Shown here: positions 38,501 to 53,500 of the stretch, one piece after another | Layout: each line of letters starts with the position of its first letter | How positions within the stretch are numbered: the first letter of the stretch is position 1 | Assembly: GCA_903813345.2 (NCBI GenBank) | Contig: CAIIXF020000001.1 | Span: 34,596,001 to 34,660,000 of the forward strand | DNA from: Owenia fusiformis | Taxonomy: Eukaryota | Direction: 5' to 3' | Length of the DNA: 64,000 bases | Translations under genes and position numbers: made by a program | The notes under the pieces: model-generated | The model's input: only the letters and a program-made list of their open reading frames with translations | The model's database searches: none | Told to the model about the DNA's origin: nothing

Positions 38501-41500
38501 TGACAAACTGCGCGCATATTTCAAAATGGAAGACGGGGAGGACACGACTCCCAAAAAGAGCCAAAATACGAAAAATAGTACCATTCTGTGAAGATGAACT
38601 TATTTACTCATAGTACTCAATGTTGTTCCCGATGTAAACCTAGTTATCTCAATATAAGGGTCTTAAGTAACTTCTGTGTTCAAAATTTACAGTGTAAAGT
38701 TATATCTTTGTCTTTTTATTGTCATTTGCCGTTTATTCAGCCATTGTGTCTGTGTACCCTTATAAAAAATTCAACCTTGAAAGTCCGAATTTAAACCGTT
38801 GCACAATCATTGTACAATCATTGATCCGATCATTTATGCAACCATGCCAACCGTTACAATGCAACCATTACAATTTTGGTTGTAAACTCATTGAAATGTT
38901 TCAATCATATGTAACCATTGTAAACGCTTGACAATTTTGGTTGCAAGACGTTTCAATCGAATGCAACCCTTTAAAACTATGGCAATTTTATCTCAATACA
39001 ACGTAAAATAATTATCTTGCTCTTTGAAAAATATATTTCAAATGTGTGTATTTCATGCATTCTGTACATGTCAGAATTTAAATGGTTTGATTAAAAAGAT
39101 ATTTAAAGTATTGAAATAGTTAAGTAAACTTGTCTTGTGAATGAAAATATATTGAACCAATTTTCATCTAACTTTGAAGGATGGTGATTGTCTAACTCAC
39201 ATGTATATTATCTAGATAACAGCAATGCTTAGGCATAGCAAATCCCCCTCACTGTCATGACTATCATTTTTACAAAATCACCTCACTACTTTTTAAGTTA
39301 TTGCAAAATCATTTGAAAAAAATTTTGATTGGGTCAAGTCTTGGATTTTACACTTCACCTTGCAATCATCGCAATTATAAAGGAAGGAAGATGTGTCTGG
39401 AAGGAAGAAATCCTTCAATGGGAAAATAATCTGTTTTGATTTGATATTTTTGATTTGATAGAGAAAATGCAATCAGACATTACAGGATGTGTTTTAAATA
39501 ATTAAGTCGATAAGCATAACTTAAAAAACTCTGATTACAGTTAGACTCAGTCTATCTAGTTTGATTAGAGTCTGCTATGAAGGATGTGTCTAAAGAAACT
39601 TTATTAATCCATTAATCCATAAACAAAACAAAAATAATTCGGCAAGGCAAAACAAACCTTATTATATCAGTTTGATTAGAGTCTTCTATAAAAGAAGCAT
39701 CCTATGTAATTTAAATTATTCCATACACAGAACTTGATAAATAATTTGCGAAAGAAAATCTCCCTCCAGATTTTTCCAAGTTTAGAGTTTTGAAAAATAA
39801 GCCCTGTTTTTGGTTTTTATTTTTTAATCATCAACACATATCATTTAAACTGAAAACACTTTTCAGTACAAATGCTCTGCCCTAGTGAATAAAGTAAAAC
39901 CATGGACTTTCAATCTATTGAATGCCTATGGTAAAACAAACTAAATAAAAATGAAATAAAAAATTCTGAAAATATTATTTGCAGTTTCATATACTTGCTA
40001 TTTGAGATTTCTCAGCACTTATTGAAGTAATTGAATAAAGAAATAAACCCTCAAAAATCTGAAAACACTTTTTAAATTTTAACTCCCCCCTCCCCCCTCT
40101 GCATGAAATAGATAATTAAAATAAATATATAGTATAACACAAGATGAAAATAGATATAACAGAAACTAGGACTATGAACCCTTTTTCTGGTCAAGCATTT
40201 TAATTAGCCGTTCAACCGTTTTAATTAGCTGTTCAACCGTTTTAATTAGCTGTTCAACCGTTTTAATTGGCTGTTCAAGCATTTTGATTTTCTTAAACCC
40301 ATGAGAATATCAATATGTAGTAGGTATTGTTGTGTTGAGCATTGTTATAAAAAATGTTTGCCAAGAAAGAACATGGTAATTAAATCTGTTGTGAATAATG
40401 TGTTTCACACATAATATACAGTCAATATCAAAATAGTCCTCTTGTTTGTATTTTTTAAATTTTAGTGAGTCATACTCTTGATATTTGGTGTTAACTACAC
40501 ATGGATACATTTGAAGACCCATTTTGCTGGGGGGGGGGGGGACTGACTACTGGCCTGTTTATTGTATATAAACTTTTGCGGGGGTCCTGAGCTAAACCCT
40601 CCGATATCAATATGTTCCCAAACCAATCTATTTGTATATCATGGGTATAGCAGTAATCCATCTACCTTGACAAAATTTAACTGAAATTATTAATTCAGAT
40701 GTTTTCCATTGAAACTGTGAAAATTAAGTCTTTGGTGCCTGAATGCATTATTACTATAAAAACATTTTCACTAAATAAAGCAATCAACTTGTGATTACAT
40801 GTTTGTATTATTTTGTACATCATACCCTGCTTCTTTTGATCATACATGTATATCAGTCTAATCATGAACAAAAACAATGGTGTCTCATCTTGTGATTTTG
40901 TTAAGTTTAAAGGAAATCTTAAGATTTTCCTTGGTCAATTTCTTAACCAAATTGGAATTTTGCTCAATTCTTTTCATAATTAACATTAAAAATACATTAT
41001 TTTGGCAATATCAGATAACGGGAAATAAACACTAGATATGGTACTTTTAATTGTGTAAATAATGTAAATGACAGAGAACATAAATTATCATATGCCATTG
41101 AGTGGAAAACTAGTCTGGTATCGCATTCCTAAATCCGTACTGGAGAAAGAAACATATGAACATGAATTTAGTAATTTACTATAATAAACATGCATGTATG
41201 CTTGCAGAAAAAATATCCTAATATACTGTTGTTGAATAGAGGTAGATTCAAATCCTTACTTAAAGATAATTTTAATTCAAGTAAAATGATTACATTTTTT
41301 GGAACGATACCAATGCAGGATGGTTGCAGGGCTTGAACTATGTAATCATTGAACAAAACGTATTGCAACCATTTACATTTCAATGTGAAATGGTTGCAGT
41401 TTACAATGGTTGCAGATTACAATGATTGTATAGAAATGGTTGCACAGTCATTGAAAAAGAGTTGACTTTGTTTGGTTGAACGCAATGGTTGCACAATGAT

Positions 41501-44500
41501 TGCTTATCACCGTACAATGGTTTTTCCTTTGATCTTAGTAGTTGAAACAATCAGTATTCAATGATTGATGGAAACGGTTTAAATTCGGACTTTCAAGGTT
41601 GAATTTTTTATAAGGGTATGCTAGAATATATAAGATCACTCCATCTGATTAAAGCAGCATAGTTTGTGTTCAAAACGATAATATGCCATAAACGTGATTG
41701 ACACATTTTTCTTGTCAAACTGCGCGCCTATATTCACATGTATTTCCCAAACTGCGTGCCTAATATTTCCAAACTGCTTGCAATTGCCTATCCAAGCTTG
41801 TTTTGTATTATTAGAAAACGTAAGCGCCATATGTAAGGCACATATGTGTCTAACAGTAGAACCCCATAATTGAAACACTATGAGAGTCCATCCACCAAGA
41901 TGGTGATCTGAAAATAAAAGTTTTTTTTCGTTCCCAACTTAATTGTCACTTTTATTATACATTTTGACTTTCAATATGAATATCTCATAAAATCTGACAA
42001 TAAAGCAAAGTTTCCAAAGCTATATGAAAAACACCTACACCTGCCTCTGTAGAAATTCCAATGATAATATGTAGTTTTAATAGTGTATGCGCACAGTTTG
42101 TAATTTCTGGCTAAAATAGGCGCGCAGTTTGTGCTTTATTTCTTTTTAATCTCCTGATTATCTGTTTTATCTCGAAATATTTTGAATTATACATGATAAA
42201 TGCGTAAGGAATTAAATATAAAACGAGTCTAAAGTATTTGTCATTTATGTTTAAAGTGCTAGATCGATTTACGTATAAATTTCCGTTAAATCAGTGACGA
42301 AAATGCCATCAATCTGCTTATGTTTTAAAACTTAGATTTATTTGCACATAGTTTTTGCTAGTATTTGCAAGATTCGTATATTTGCCACAGAATGAACGCA
42401 TTGAACAAGAAAACAATGCAGGATAAATGTCTTTAAATTACATTTCAAAATACAGACTCCAACTTAAATGATGCAATGTTGTTAGGCACGCAGTTTGTGA
42501 TCGAAACAAACTGCGCGCCTAAGTAGGCGCGCAGCTTGACATGGGCACCGTGAGAATACTCTCCCATTTGTTAATGTTCTCTTCTCTCATTAATTTTCCA
42601 GTGCTTCATGATGATATTCTCCTGCATATTGTATTTAATACATATCCATTTATTTCTTGTTATAGCTTTCTTGGTATATGAATTTAGTATGTTACTCCTG
42701 TAACCTTGACATTGTAGTTCATTTCCCAGGCTGGTAACTCTGTTTGTTGCATCTTCCAATTGACTGCAGATTCTTGAAATCCTTATTATTTGTGATATAA
42801 ATATTCCATAGGACTGGTTTCTAGGAATATTTCCGGATAAATCTGGATATGAGACTATTTGGAAGTTGACAGACAGATAGACAGACAGACGATAAGTGAG
42901 TATTGCAATATCTCACCATGTGAGCTAAAAATGGCAGCCATTTTGAAATTCAGCTGATGCCTTTGAAATTCCTTCTGAAGCAGATCTCCTTTTTCCCTAA
43001 ACATCAGGAAATAATATTGGAACCAAATCCATCCACTGTAACGTTTTTTACGAAAAATGGCGGCCATTTTGAAATTCAGTGGCCATCTTGGAAATGTCTT
43101 CTTGAGCAGAACTTCTTTGTCTCTAGGCATCAGCATATAGAATTTGAAACAAATCCATCAACAGGTATTTGAGTTATTAAAGGTTACATTCTTTTCTGAA
43201 AAATGGCAGCCATTTTGAAATTTAGCTTCCATCTTGAAAATCCCTTCTTGAGCAGAGCTCCTATGTCCCTAGGCATCAGCATGTAAAATTTGAACCTAAT
43301 CCATTCAATGGTATTTGAGTTATCAAGGATAACGTATATTTACGAAAAATGGCTGTCATTTTGAAATATGGTGGCCATCTTTAAAATGTCTTCTTGAGCA
43401 AGGCTCCTTTGTACCAAGGCAACAGCATATAAAATTTGAACCAAATCCATCCACTAGTATTTGAGTTATCAAAGATTATATTTTTTCCAAAAAATGGCCG
43501 CCATTTTGAATTTAGCGGCCATATTGAAGATTCCTTATCGAGCGGAGGTCCTACACCCATAAGGCATAAGCCTATAAAATTTGAATGAAATCAGTCAAAC
43601 AGTATTTGAGTTATTGCCCGGACACACAAACGTAGGGATGGACGGCTTTTCTATATCCCCCTCGAACTTCATTCGGTGGGATAATTAGACTTATCAGTGA
43701 TTCATATTTCTGATGATATATCAGTGGACTTGTATCCTTACTGGGTTCTTGAACTGCTCATTGACTTGTCTTATAGTTGGCAACATTTCTTCTAACTTCT
43801 GTGTCATAGTATCAGCATTCATGTCAGCCATGCCCATCATACCAGCCATCTGAAACACAAGGACAGAAATATTACTAATTATTACTAAAACATATTTTGA
43901 TGAGGTAGATTTTAAAGATTTGGATAATGAAGGTAGCAAAATTGAATTTCTTTTCAGGGAACATACCTATAAAATTGTTAAATTTATTAAGATGGCTTTT
44001 GTGCGGAGAAGGCAATTCATTTACAACCTGTGATATTGATTTTCGTGTATTAATTTTATATTTTATATTGTTAACAGTGGTTAATAAGCCCATGGTGGGC
44101 TGGGTAAAATTGTAATTAATTTTTTATATTTTATAATTAAATTGTAAGACTGACCACTATAAATAAATAAATAAACTAAACTAAACTAAACTAATAGGCT
44201 TATACACTCATGGACATGAAAATTGTGGTTGAAAGTTGCTTATTTCAGAAGTAATTCAGATGTTTTCTTAAAGTAATCTAACTCGAGAGTTTAATATTTA
44301 TGGATATAAATTGTTGTCTGTAATACAAATGGACTTTATTTCTAAAGCAAGGTATCAGGAGACTTTTGTGCAGATATTCTGAAATAAAATACTATGACGA
44401 TATATCATGCAGTATTACAAAGTCAACCATGTTCAGAATAGAGAATATTATGTACCTGTGAGATAAATGGGCCAATTTTATTTTTTAGGCTTAATATTTT

Positions 44501-47500
44501 TCCCAATCCTTTCTCCACAACTGCAGGGAATGAGAGTAATCTGAGAGTATGACCAGTAGGAGCAGTGTCAAACACAACCACTGAGAAGTCCATCTTTTTC
44601 ACCAACCTGAAGCAGAAATAATCATGAGCATTATAAAGCTGAATAAATATGCAATATAAATATTGAAGAGCATGACTAACAATTAGCAGGAGCATGCACT
44701 TCATAGTTTAAAATTAACATTGACAAATTGAATTTGTGCTACAGAGTCAAAAATGTGCCCAAGATTAAAAAGAAATGTGCTAAATTCAAATCTGTCTTTT
44801 TGGTAGAATCTGCCAGGAAAAATTGTTAAAACAAAGGCCATGGCTCATTTGAAAGGTCTCTTTATGCTTAAATTTAAGATAAACAAAAAACTCAAAATAT
44901 TGAAAAATTTGGTTATAAGACCCCTTTTCCTATGCCCTGGCTCATATGTTATTTAAATGAGATGAATAAATATCTATGAATAAATATCTAAATATATAAA
45001 TAAACAACTAAATAAATAAAATATTTAGTTGTAGTCTATGAATGTAATTTTAGCTTACTAAATAACAATAATGTACTTTAAAATAGATGATCATACCTCA
45101 TGACCTCAGAGTAGCTCATAGCCTCATCTATACCTGGGAATGCCGTCATCAGCTCCTGCATCATGGCCTTGCCCATACTGCGCACATCTGAAAATAAGAG
45201 TAGATTAACTATACAATCTAAAATATTAGTGTATTCATACAAAACGAGCTCAGTAATAAATTTAAAACTTTCTTAATTTAAAATTTACATGTACAAGTAT
45301 GTTATAACATAAGCAATGTACTGGGAGGTTTTAGAAACAGGTATTACCGTTCTTCTGCTTATATTGTCACTATTTAAATTTGTATTTTCAGGATTTTTCA
45401 AAAGTCTAAGGTTTATTTTTAGTCTAGAATAGGTATGTTGAAAATAAAATGACATCTTACATTTTGACGAGCACCTTAACCATGGTTATCAAATGAAAGG
45501 TAAAGGGTTCCTTTATTGATACTGAGATTTACCAAGATGAAATAGGTGTCGAAGTGACTTTTTGGGTAAAAAATGTGTTTTTTGCAAAACATTTTTTTAA
45601 ATTGATAAAAAATATTTTTGAAAATTTATTATATAAAATACAGTCTAGTTGACTCTCAAAAGACAAAATATACCATGTTTAATCAACTAGGGGGATTTTG
45701 GGAGCTTAATAGTTTTTTCTTTGTGATTTGCATGCAATATCGACTAAAACGAGTGTGTTCAAAACATGATGACATCGTTAACATATTTTGAAGAGCAGCT
45801 TAACCATGGTATATAATTGAAAGGTAAAGCTTTCCTTCTTTGATACTGAGATTTGCCAAGATGAAATAGGTGTCAAAGTAAGTTTTGGGGTAAAAAATGT
45901 GTTTTTTGCAAAAATAATTTTATGTTAAAAAGAACATTTTTAGAAAAATTATTATATGAAATATACCATGTTTAATCAAGGGTTCCTTTTTTGATACTGA
46001 GATATACCAAGATGAAATAGGTGCCAAAATGTGTTTTGGGTGAAATGCGTTTTTACAAGAGAAATTAAAAAATTGAAATATATTTTTTGAAATTTAACTT
46101 TAACAAATATAGTCTGATTGATTATAAAAAAGTGAGAAAAACTATTTGTTATCGATTTTGAGAGATTTTCGAAGCTGTTTGAGGTATTGTCTTGTGGTTT
46201 GTATCTTGCGAATTCAAAGGCACTTGAATTAACATTACTGCAAGGAGTTAAAACAGGGGGTTGCAGTTGGTGCGATCTCAACCCCACCCAAAAATACAAC
46301 CAAAAAAAGAGATGAGAGGTTTAGAATGCTTTTTGAAGTTTCTAGCTCAATTTTGAAGGAGGTTGCACCAATTTTTAAAATACTACCATCGCAGCCCCCC
46401 CCCCCCTCATCAGCTGGTTGAAAGCGGGCTACGGCCCTTCTATGTATACCTTTTGTTTTATGTATATTCTAGTTCATATGTTAGTTAATGAAAACACCAT
46501 ATGATTATTATCTGTGATGTAGCGGAGATCTACAATGAATATTTTAATGTATCCTCTATAACAAGGTCAATGAAATTTGTAAAAAATGATCATAAATAGG
46601 AAATCTATTGATACAAAATTATCTTTAAAATACTTCTCTCAATCAAATTATCACTAACACTGAAAGCATCACCATTAACAATGTTAATTGTTGATTCAAA
46701 AAGTATTTATTAACAATTAGCAAAGATTTGAACTGCACTGCGTCAATCTGTTATCACATTTGCACCCAGCAGTACATTTGATCCTTGACACTGGACTCAT
46801 TGGCACTGAGCAATAAGCTTTACATTCCATTGGGCAGTGTAGGTATGGTATGAATGTAGAACTCATGATTAATAATAGTACATTTAACATTTTAATGTGA
46901 TTTTCACCTTCATCTTCTATTTCATAATTATTCTCATTTATTTATTGACTGTAATTTCATTGGTACCATCAATTTTAAATATCAAGCATGTTACGAAAAC
47001 GCTTTGTGACAGTCTTAGCACTCAAGTCATGATCAAGACCAAGTATCCTCTTAGCTTGGTACATCAAAATATCCCTTCTTAATTGCACTGTTGTATGTCT
47101 AGCTACAGGCTCTGTGTGAGAAGAATTGTTTACTCAAGTAGAGGGGGAGGGATCACAGAGGCTTGTAGCTAGACTACCTTATACAACGTGACTTGATTAT
47201 GGGTTACTTACAGTATGTCAAATAACCATTTGGTATATCAAATAAGCATGTACTTTTAATATGTCTTTTATGTGATAACAGACTTATAAATACAGTAGCT
47301 CCCTTATGAGAGAATCTGAGGAGCAGACAATGCTGCAATGCTGTAGTGTGATTCTGATTATTGGTTTACTTGTTAAGTAAAATAAATCAAAGCAGATGGA
47401 GTACTGTAATCTATGGATTTTTTCAAAACACTGGCACATGTCCAGGATGAAACAATTGACACATTGACCACAGCTGTTTTGGCATTTATGTGGTGATCAA

Positions 47501-50500
47501 CACTGGTTGTATTGATTGAACTAGTTAAGAAATGAGGAATGCTATACTAATTAATCGTCTAATTAGTGCCTTTCGACACCTCATTCCCCTTGGCAAATCT
47601 CACAAATCGTTTGTAAGGTATAAAGGATTATTTTGATACAGGTCTCTAGGGTGCTCGCCAAAATGTAAGAACTCACTCTTTCTAGAGGCTTTTATTTGAA
47701 AATATTCTAGACTATTTGGCTAATTTCAAAAAGACAAAATGAAATTCAAATTGGCAATAAATACCAGAAGTAATTTTATTTGGCTAATCTTGCAAATTTT
47801 TCATATATTGTTTTCTCAACCGGAAATGGATGGGATAGAAATGGGATATACATTCTTAAGGGAACTTACCTTGTTCCTCAAAATATTCTTCTGGTAACTC
47901 AGAGAATCCCATATTAGGATCAATTTCCTGAAAGTAATATGCCAGATATTGAATCAATGTGTCACACACAATATCCTTTTCAGACACAAATAATCAATGA
48001 ATTTATATTCTCAAATTTAGGATACCAGGGTGCAGAATGAGAATTGAACCTAAGGCAATGGTACTATACAAGATACACAGCTAATCATTAGACTTTTGAA
48101 AATTATCAACTGCAATTATGAAAGTTGAGTTAAGAAATCCTACAAACTGACTTGATATGAAGTATAGTAGTATTTACCATTGCAAACAGGTTTTCAAAGC
48201 TCCGCACTTTAGTTGGAACCTTGTTGAACTTCTGATCAAAGGCATCTGAAATATTATGTGCAGGATCTGTGGAGATGATAAGTACAGTTTCTCGCACTTT
48301 AGCCAGTTGGATCGCAAGACTACAGCTAAAAGTTATAAAAAGAAAATTGTAAAAATTAAGGTACTGATGGAACGAAAACATTTTTGAAAAATTTCTATAC
48401 CTGCTGGTACAAAATAAAATATGATGGCATGTGTGTTACTTGCTTTTTCACAAAAGTATCATTACATTGCCTTCTTTTAGTATATCTGGTAAGAGGTCAA
48501 TGGCAATCCAGTGGTGTTGAGAAACTTTAAGAAGAAATTTTGAAAAATGAAAAGGCAGCCATTTTCTTGAAATATCAGCATTTACTGGAGTTACCATTGA
48601 CCTCTTACCAGGTTTATTCAAAAAAGACAATAAAATTATGCTTTCCTGAAGAAAAAAGCAATGAAATACACAGATTCTGTCATACTTTATTTTGTACTAG
48701 AAAATAAGATGTGCAGGTATGGGAAATTTTTCAAAATATTTTTCATTCCACAAGTACCTGAGAAATTAGAAGAATAGGAAATTAAACTGAATGTTTGGTA
48801 TGTTACTGTATATCTGAGACCCCCCCTCCCCATCTAAGTCTTACCTAGAGTCAGATTCATAATTCCATTGAGTACTTTGAATCTAAAAAACAAGCAATCA
48901 AAGCACCACATTGAAACAGTATGTGTAGAAATAGAAACATATGCACAAGGCCTAACTTTTGTATATTTTGGTTTGTTTTGTAGTTTGGCTATAATATGTG
49001 TGGCCTCTTATATTTTTATGCTTCTCTGCCATGTTATTTTAAAAAAAAATTAACATTATATCTAGTTATCTGAAATATACAAAAGTTAGGACTTGTACAT
49101 ATGTTTCTATTTTTTCATATACTCTTGCAATATGGTCATTTTATCTTATTTTTTTAATTCAAAGTGCTCAATAGAATTTTGAATTGGACTGTACATATGC
49201 ATTGAACCAGAAGAAGTGAGTAGCTCCCATAATTCTTTCATATTCTATCGTATTCGGGGATTCCCTAGTTTATGATGTTAAATCAAATTGCAGGATGTTA
49301 TCACGTGAGCAATGATGAGCATGTGGTTCAGAGATCTAGATAAGCTGTTGCCATTCGCCAATTGCGAATACTTTTAGCACCTGGCGAAGATATTGATCTA
49401 AATATTCGCATAGGTGGCGAAGATCTTTGTACTGAACCTTCCCGAGAAACAGATATTTTATCGGGGAAATTCTTCGTTTTCAACTTTTGTAATATTCGTA
49501 GTTTCCCCCACGAGACGCCACAGTTGTTTTTGGCTCACACAGTGAGCCTATGGGATCGACCAGGCGTCCGTCCGATGGTCCGTCCATCCATTGGTCCATC
49601 CGTTGGTCCGTCCGTCTGTCCGTCTGTCAACATTGGCCGCACAAATTAAAACTGCTATTTGGATTGAGTCTATCTACAGTCATTTTATGCATATCCATAA
49701 TGCCTATTTGACCTATCATCGCCATTTCCCAAGTTCGCCCAGTTTCCGAGAAATTGCTGATTTTGACGTCAAAAAGTCAAATTTTCTGTAAATACTAGAC
49801 ACTTTGTTGAAGTAGAACTATCAAATAACTTGTAGTAGTTGCTGTATATGCAACTTATGTCCTCTGAAGATTTCAAAGCTCTTGGAATTACAGTTTTTGG
49901 TGTTTACTCTATAAAATTTGACAAAAAGTAGGACTTAGTCATTTTCAGGAAACTTTCTTATGTATAAAGTCAATGGCAGGTTTTGTGATTGACAAGTTTC
50001 TCAAAGTTTGCCTTATACTTGACCATTTCTTGCAATGAATTACATCGTAACTAGATTTAAGCATTCCCTACAAAATCAAATTTTTACCGTTTTTGAGATA
50101 TTTGACGTCAAAAAACAGTAAAAATAAGTTATTTTCCAACTTGCTTCAATTTGACCTAATTTTTTTGAAAATCATCTACAATTTACCAGGAGTTCAAATC
50201 TGACATTAGTTTTAGGATTTGAACTTTACTTGACCTTCAGTGACCTTTGAAAAATCAAAAAAGTTGATTTTTCAAATTGATTTTTGGATGTAAATTTTGG
50301 TCAGCTTAATCACAAAAGACCTACTGAGCTCTAAATTAGTAAAATTTTCAAGGTCAAAGGTCATCAAACTAGGTCACACAACTGTGCTGTCTAAGTTTCT
50401 CAAAGTTCGAGACTACAAATCCAAATCAATATTTTTGTTTGAAAGTCAGGATATACATTCATCTGAATTAAAGGTTCCAAACTGTGTGAGCACAGGACCG

Positions 50501-53500
50501 TGGATCCTATTTTTGGTTTCAATGAAAGTTTAACATGGGGCAACTTCATAAGATCTGTTGCGTTCAGTATTTTAATGAATCAGTAGTGATGCCAAAACTT
50601 GTTTTTGGGTCAATGCAAATTTAACATTAGCTCTTATTTGCAAACTTGTTGCGTACGTTTTTCTGTTGCATTCTGTCTGCTTGTCTTGCTTAAATTCAAA
50701 ATTTTCTAAATACACTTTGAATAATAATTTAATGATTTTAGGTGTGTTAACCAATATTATAGCTTGTTATTTAACATCAAGATAAAGAAAGATGTCATGA
50801 ATATGCTAACATTGATTAAAACACAGTAGCGATGTGTTATATTCGAAAACTAGCCGAGGGGAATTCAGACAAAGATGATAAGCATTTCCTCTTGCCAGGA
50901 TGGCCCAGGCATTGAGTTCTTTCAGACAAGATTAGAAAGCAGGGGAGCCTTGGTTGACATACAGTAGCGTTAGAGGGACAATGACATGTGAAATTCGTTT
51001 GAAGTACACATTTTATGTCATTTAATAAAATATATTTTGGCTAATAATTTTTCAGAGTGGCTAATATTTTTTTGAAGATATTAGCCACGTTGGCTAATAA
51101 TTTTTTCAGCTTATCTGGACCCCTGCATGGTTTCTCAGGACTGCGCATGTGCAATGTAAAATTTGAAATCGTGGAAATGGCGTTTATTTCAGTTTAACAT
51201 CCTTTCAACATCATCGTTTCAATACTATGGTAATACTATTGAAGTTTCTATATCCAAACTTATAGAAAATACTCATAAAACAACAGCAAACATTGTGAGA
51301 TCCATTTCAATGGAGGCCTGTTTAAAAAATAAGTTATCGAACGTGCCAATACGAAAGGTCATCTCTGGGAAAGCTCTCCCCCTGCATTGAACAACATAAG
51401 CTTTTCAAGACTTATAGTTCTACAATCATTTAAATTTCTGTAGACTATATAGTTTCATCATGTTTTTGAATATTCTAGATAAACAATATTCTATTCTGTG
51501 ACATAAAAACCTACCTCCACAAACTCCTAGTCACAAGTGTATTTCAGGTTTATACACTCTGTATAACAAATGTACAGTGAAGGGCTTAATAAAGTCTGTA
51601 GTGATAATGATTCCCATAAGGGATAATTCCCCATATGACCCTTGATAGATATGAATTAGATCTATGATGACATGAAAATGATAAAAATCTTGAAAAATAG
51701 ATCTATAGTCAAAACAGTTATGTTTGTGAGTACTTTGAATTTAAAACATAAGCATTCAAATGACCATATTGAAACAGTTTATGTAAAAATAGAAACAGTT
51801 ATATTTATCCTAACTTTTGTATATTTTAGTTTGTTTTCTAGTTTAGCTATCATATCTGTGTCCTCTTATATTTTGATACTTCTTTGCCATGTTATTTTCG
51901 GAAAAATTAACATGGCTGAAACTCCCTAAATTACAAAAGGCCACAACTTTGCTGCACATTATACACTACTATCTGAAATATACAAAAGTTAGGATAAATA
52001 TAAATGTTTCTATTTTTATATAAACTGTTTCAATATGGTCATTTGATTGCTTATTTTTTAAATTCAAAGTACTCACAAACATTTCTGTTTTGACTGTAAA
52101 TAAAAATGAAAAATATTTTTGTTCAGTATACTGCTAGTATGTATCCAACAGACTGACTAGAAGTCAGTCTGTTATGATGTACTACTTTCCTGTGGAAATT
52201 GCAGTGAAATTTTTTGCACAAAATTATCAAATGGAGGAACAATTTCTTCAATAAAATAAACATTACAAAATTTCAATTAAATTAAGTAAGGTACAATTAA
52301 ATGCAATAACCAGTAAAGTAAATTTTGCCTATTAACGGATGATACGGTATTTAAAGCACGAACCGTTAATTGACCGACGATCGGTTAATTAACGGATGAG
52401 TAAAAAAATTCAAAATAACAGTTTTTCTTTTCATAAACGGCAGTAAGGTCGGTGTCACAGAGGACATATGGGTAAGATATGATTTAAAAAATTTATTTTA
52501 ACGGAATTTGTCAGCAAAATACATGGAACATGTAATTTTATATATAGGCTATCTACTTTTCAACTACTTGAGATTATACGTCAAAAAAGCCTAATCAAAT
52601 TAAATTTCATCTGAACGCAACGCTCTAATGATTTTCATGCCCCTTGTTGGAGATTTTATTACAAAAGTTGGATTGAAAAAGCACGTAATGCGTGTAGCAT
52701 ATCACCTTACGAATAAATTGTATGTGGCAATTTGAATTTCTATGTGGCGATTTCGAGATACAAGCGAATTAGTACGACGTTCATCAAATAAATCCAAAAA
52801 TCAGTCATTATTTCCAAGTACATTTAACAATAGAAAAACGACGAAGCTCGAAGTCATATATGTAGCGTAAACCCTAGTACATTGTGGTTTAGGGCTGAAA
52901 CGAATAGTAAATTCTCATACCGAATATTCGGCCAGCAAATCCCTGTTCGGCCCCGAATATTCGTTAAAAACTTGGAAGTAAATATAAGTTGTTTTATTTC
53001 TAAGAGCATGTGAAGTAAATACGCCAAGTTTGAATAGAATGCTGGCTGTGTTATGTAAATCATTTGTTTGTTTGTAATATTATTACATTTATTTAACGTC
53101 AATAAAGCATTTTATTTACCTATTTGTTTGTAAGTTTCACCAATACGGACCTGCTTTGACGTATTATATTATTATCAAATTCTGAACTTATTTTATATGT
53201 GATCGGGAAACACCAAATATACGATGGTTCTAAAACACATACCATACGTAATTACGTAAAGAAACGATTGCAGATTATCGTAGAACTTTTTTTATTGTAT
53301 TCAAATTCACAATAAATAGTGAAGTTGTTGACGATAAGACAATGCAAAGGTTGTGTTTTGAATAATTATAAATACTTATTCCAAGTGGATGTGCTAAAAA
53401 CCGAACCTAAAAACGAACCTTGCGCAGATTGCCTCTCGTCAAACGAATGTTCTTAACTTCATATTCAAGTATTTTACTCTTATGGATGCCACTGGATTAA

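Larger units (their letters stand above)
34491..42926 (-). mobile_element. Second HINE-like element nested in the first
   Basis: Hairpin AGTACCGTGGGTACT plus subTIR GCTCACATGGTG (34513-34524) matching CACCATGTGAGC (42914-42925). (GACA)n microsatellite split between about 38310 and 42868; internal tandem units of roughly 330 bp. Confidence 0.75.
34229..43684 (-). mobile_element. HINE-like element expanded to 9.4 kb by nested insertions (GET3 intron 6)
   Basis: ACTAG end with subTIR ATCCCACCGAA (34261) matching TTCGGTGGGAT (43672-43682). Internal AAAATGGCxGCCATTTTG / CCAAATCCATC tandem units lie on both sides of the cargo. Confidence 0.75.

Noticed and set aside
51035..51125. hAT-like right end (TGGCTAAT repeats, ..GGACCCCTG)
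   Set aside because: No matching left end or TSD found, so element limits cannot be supported.
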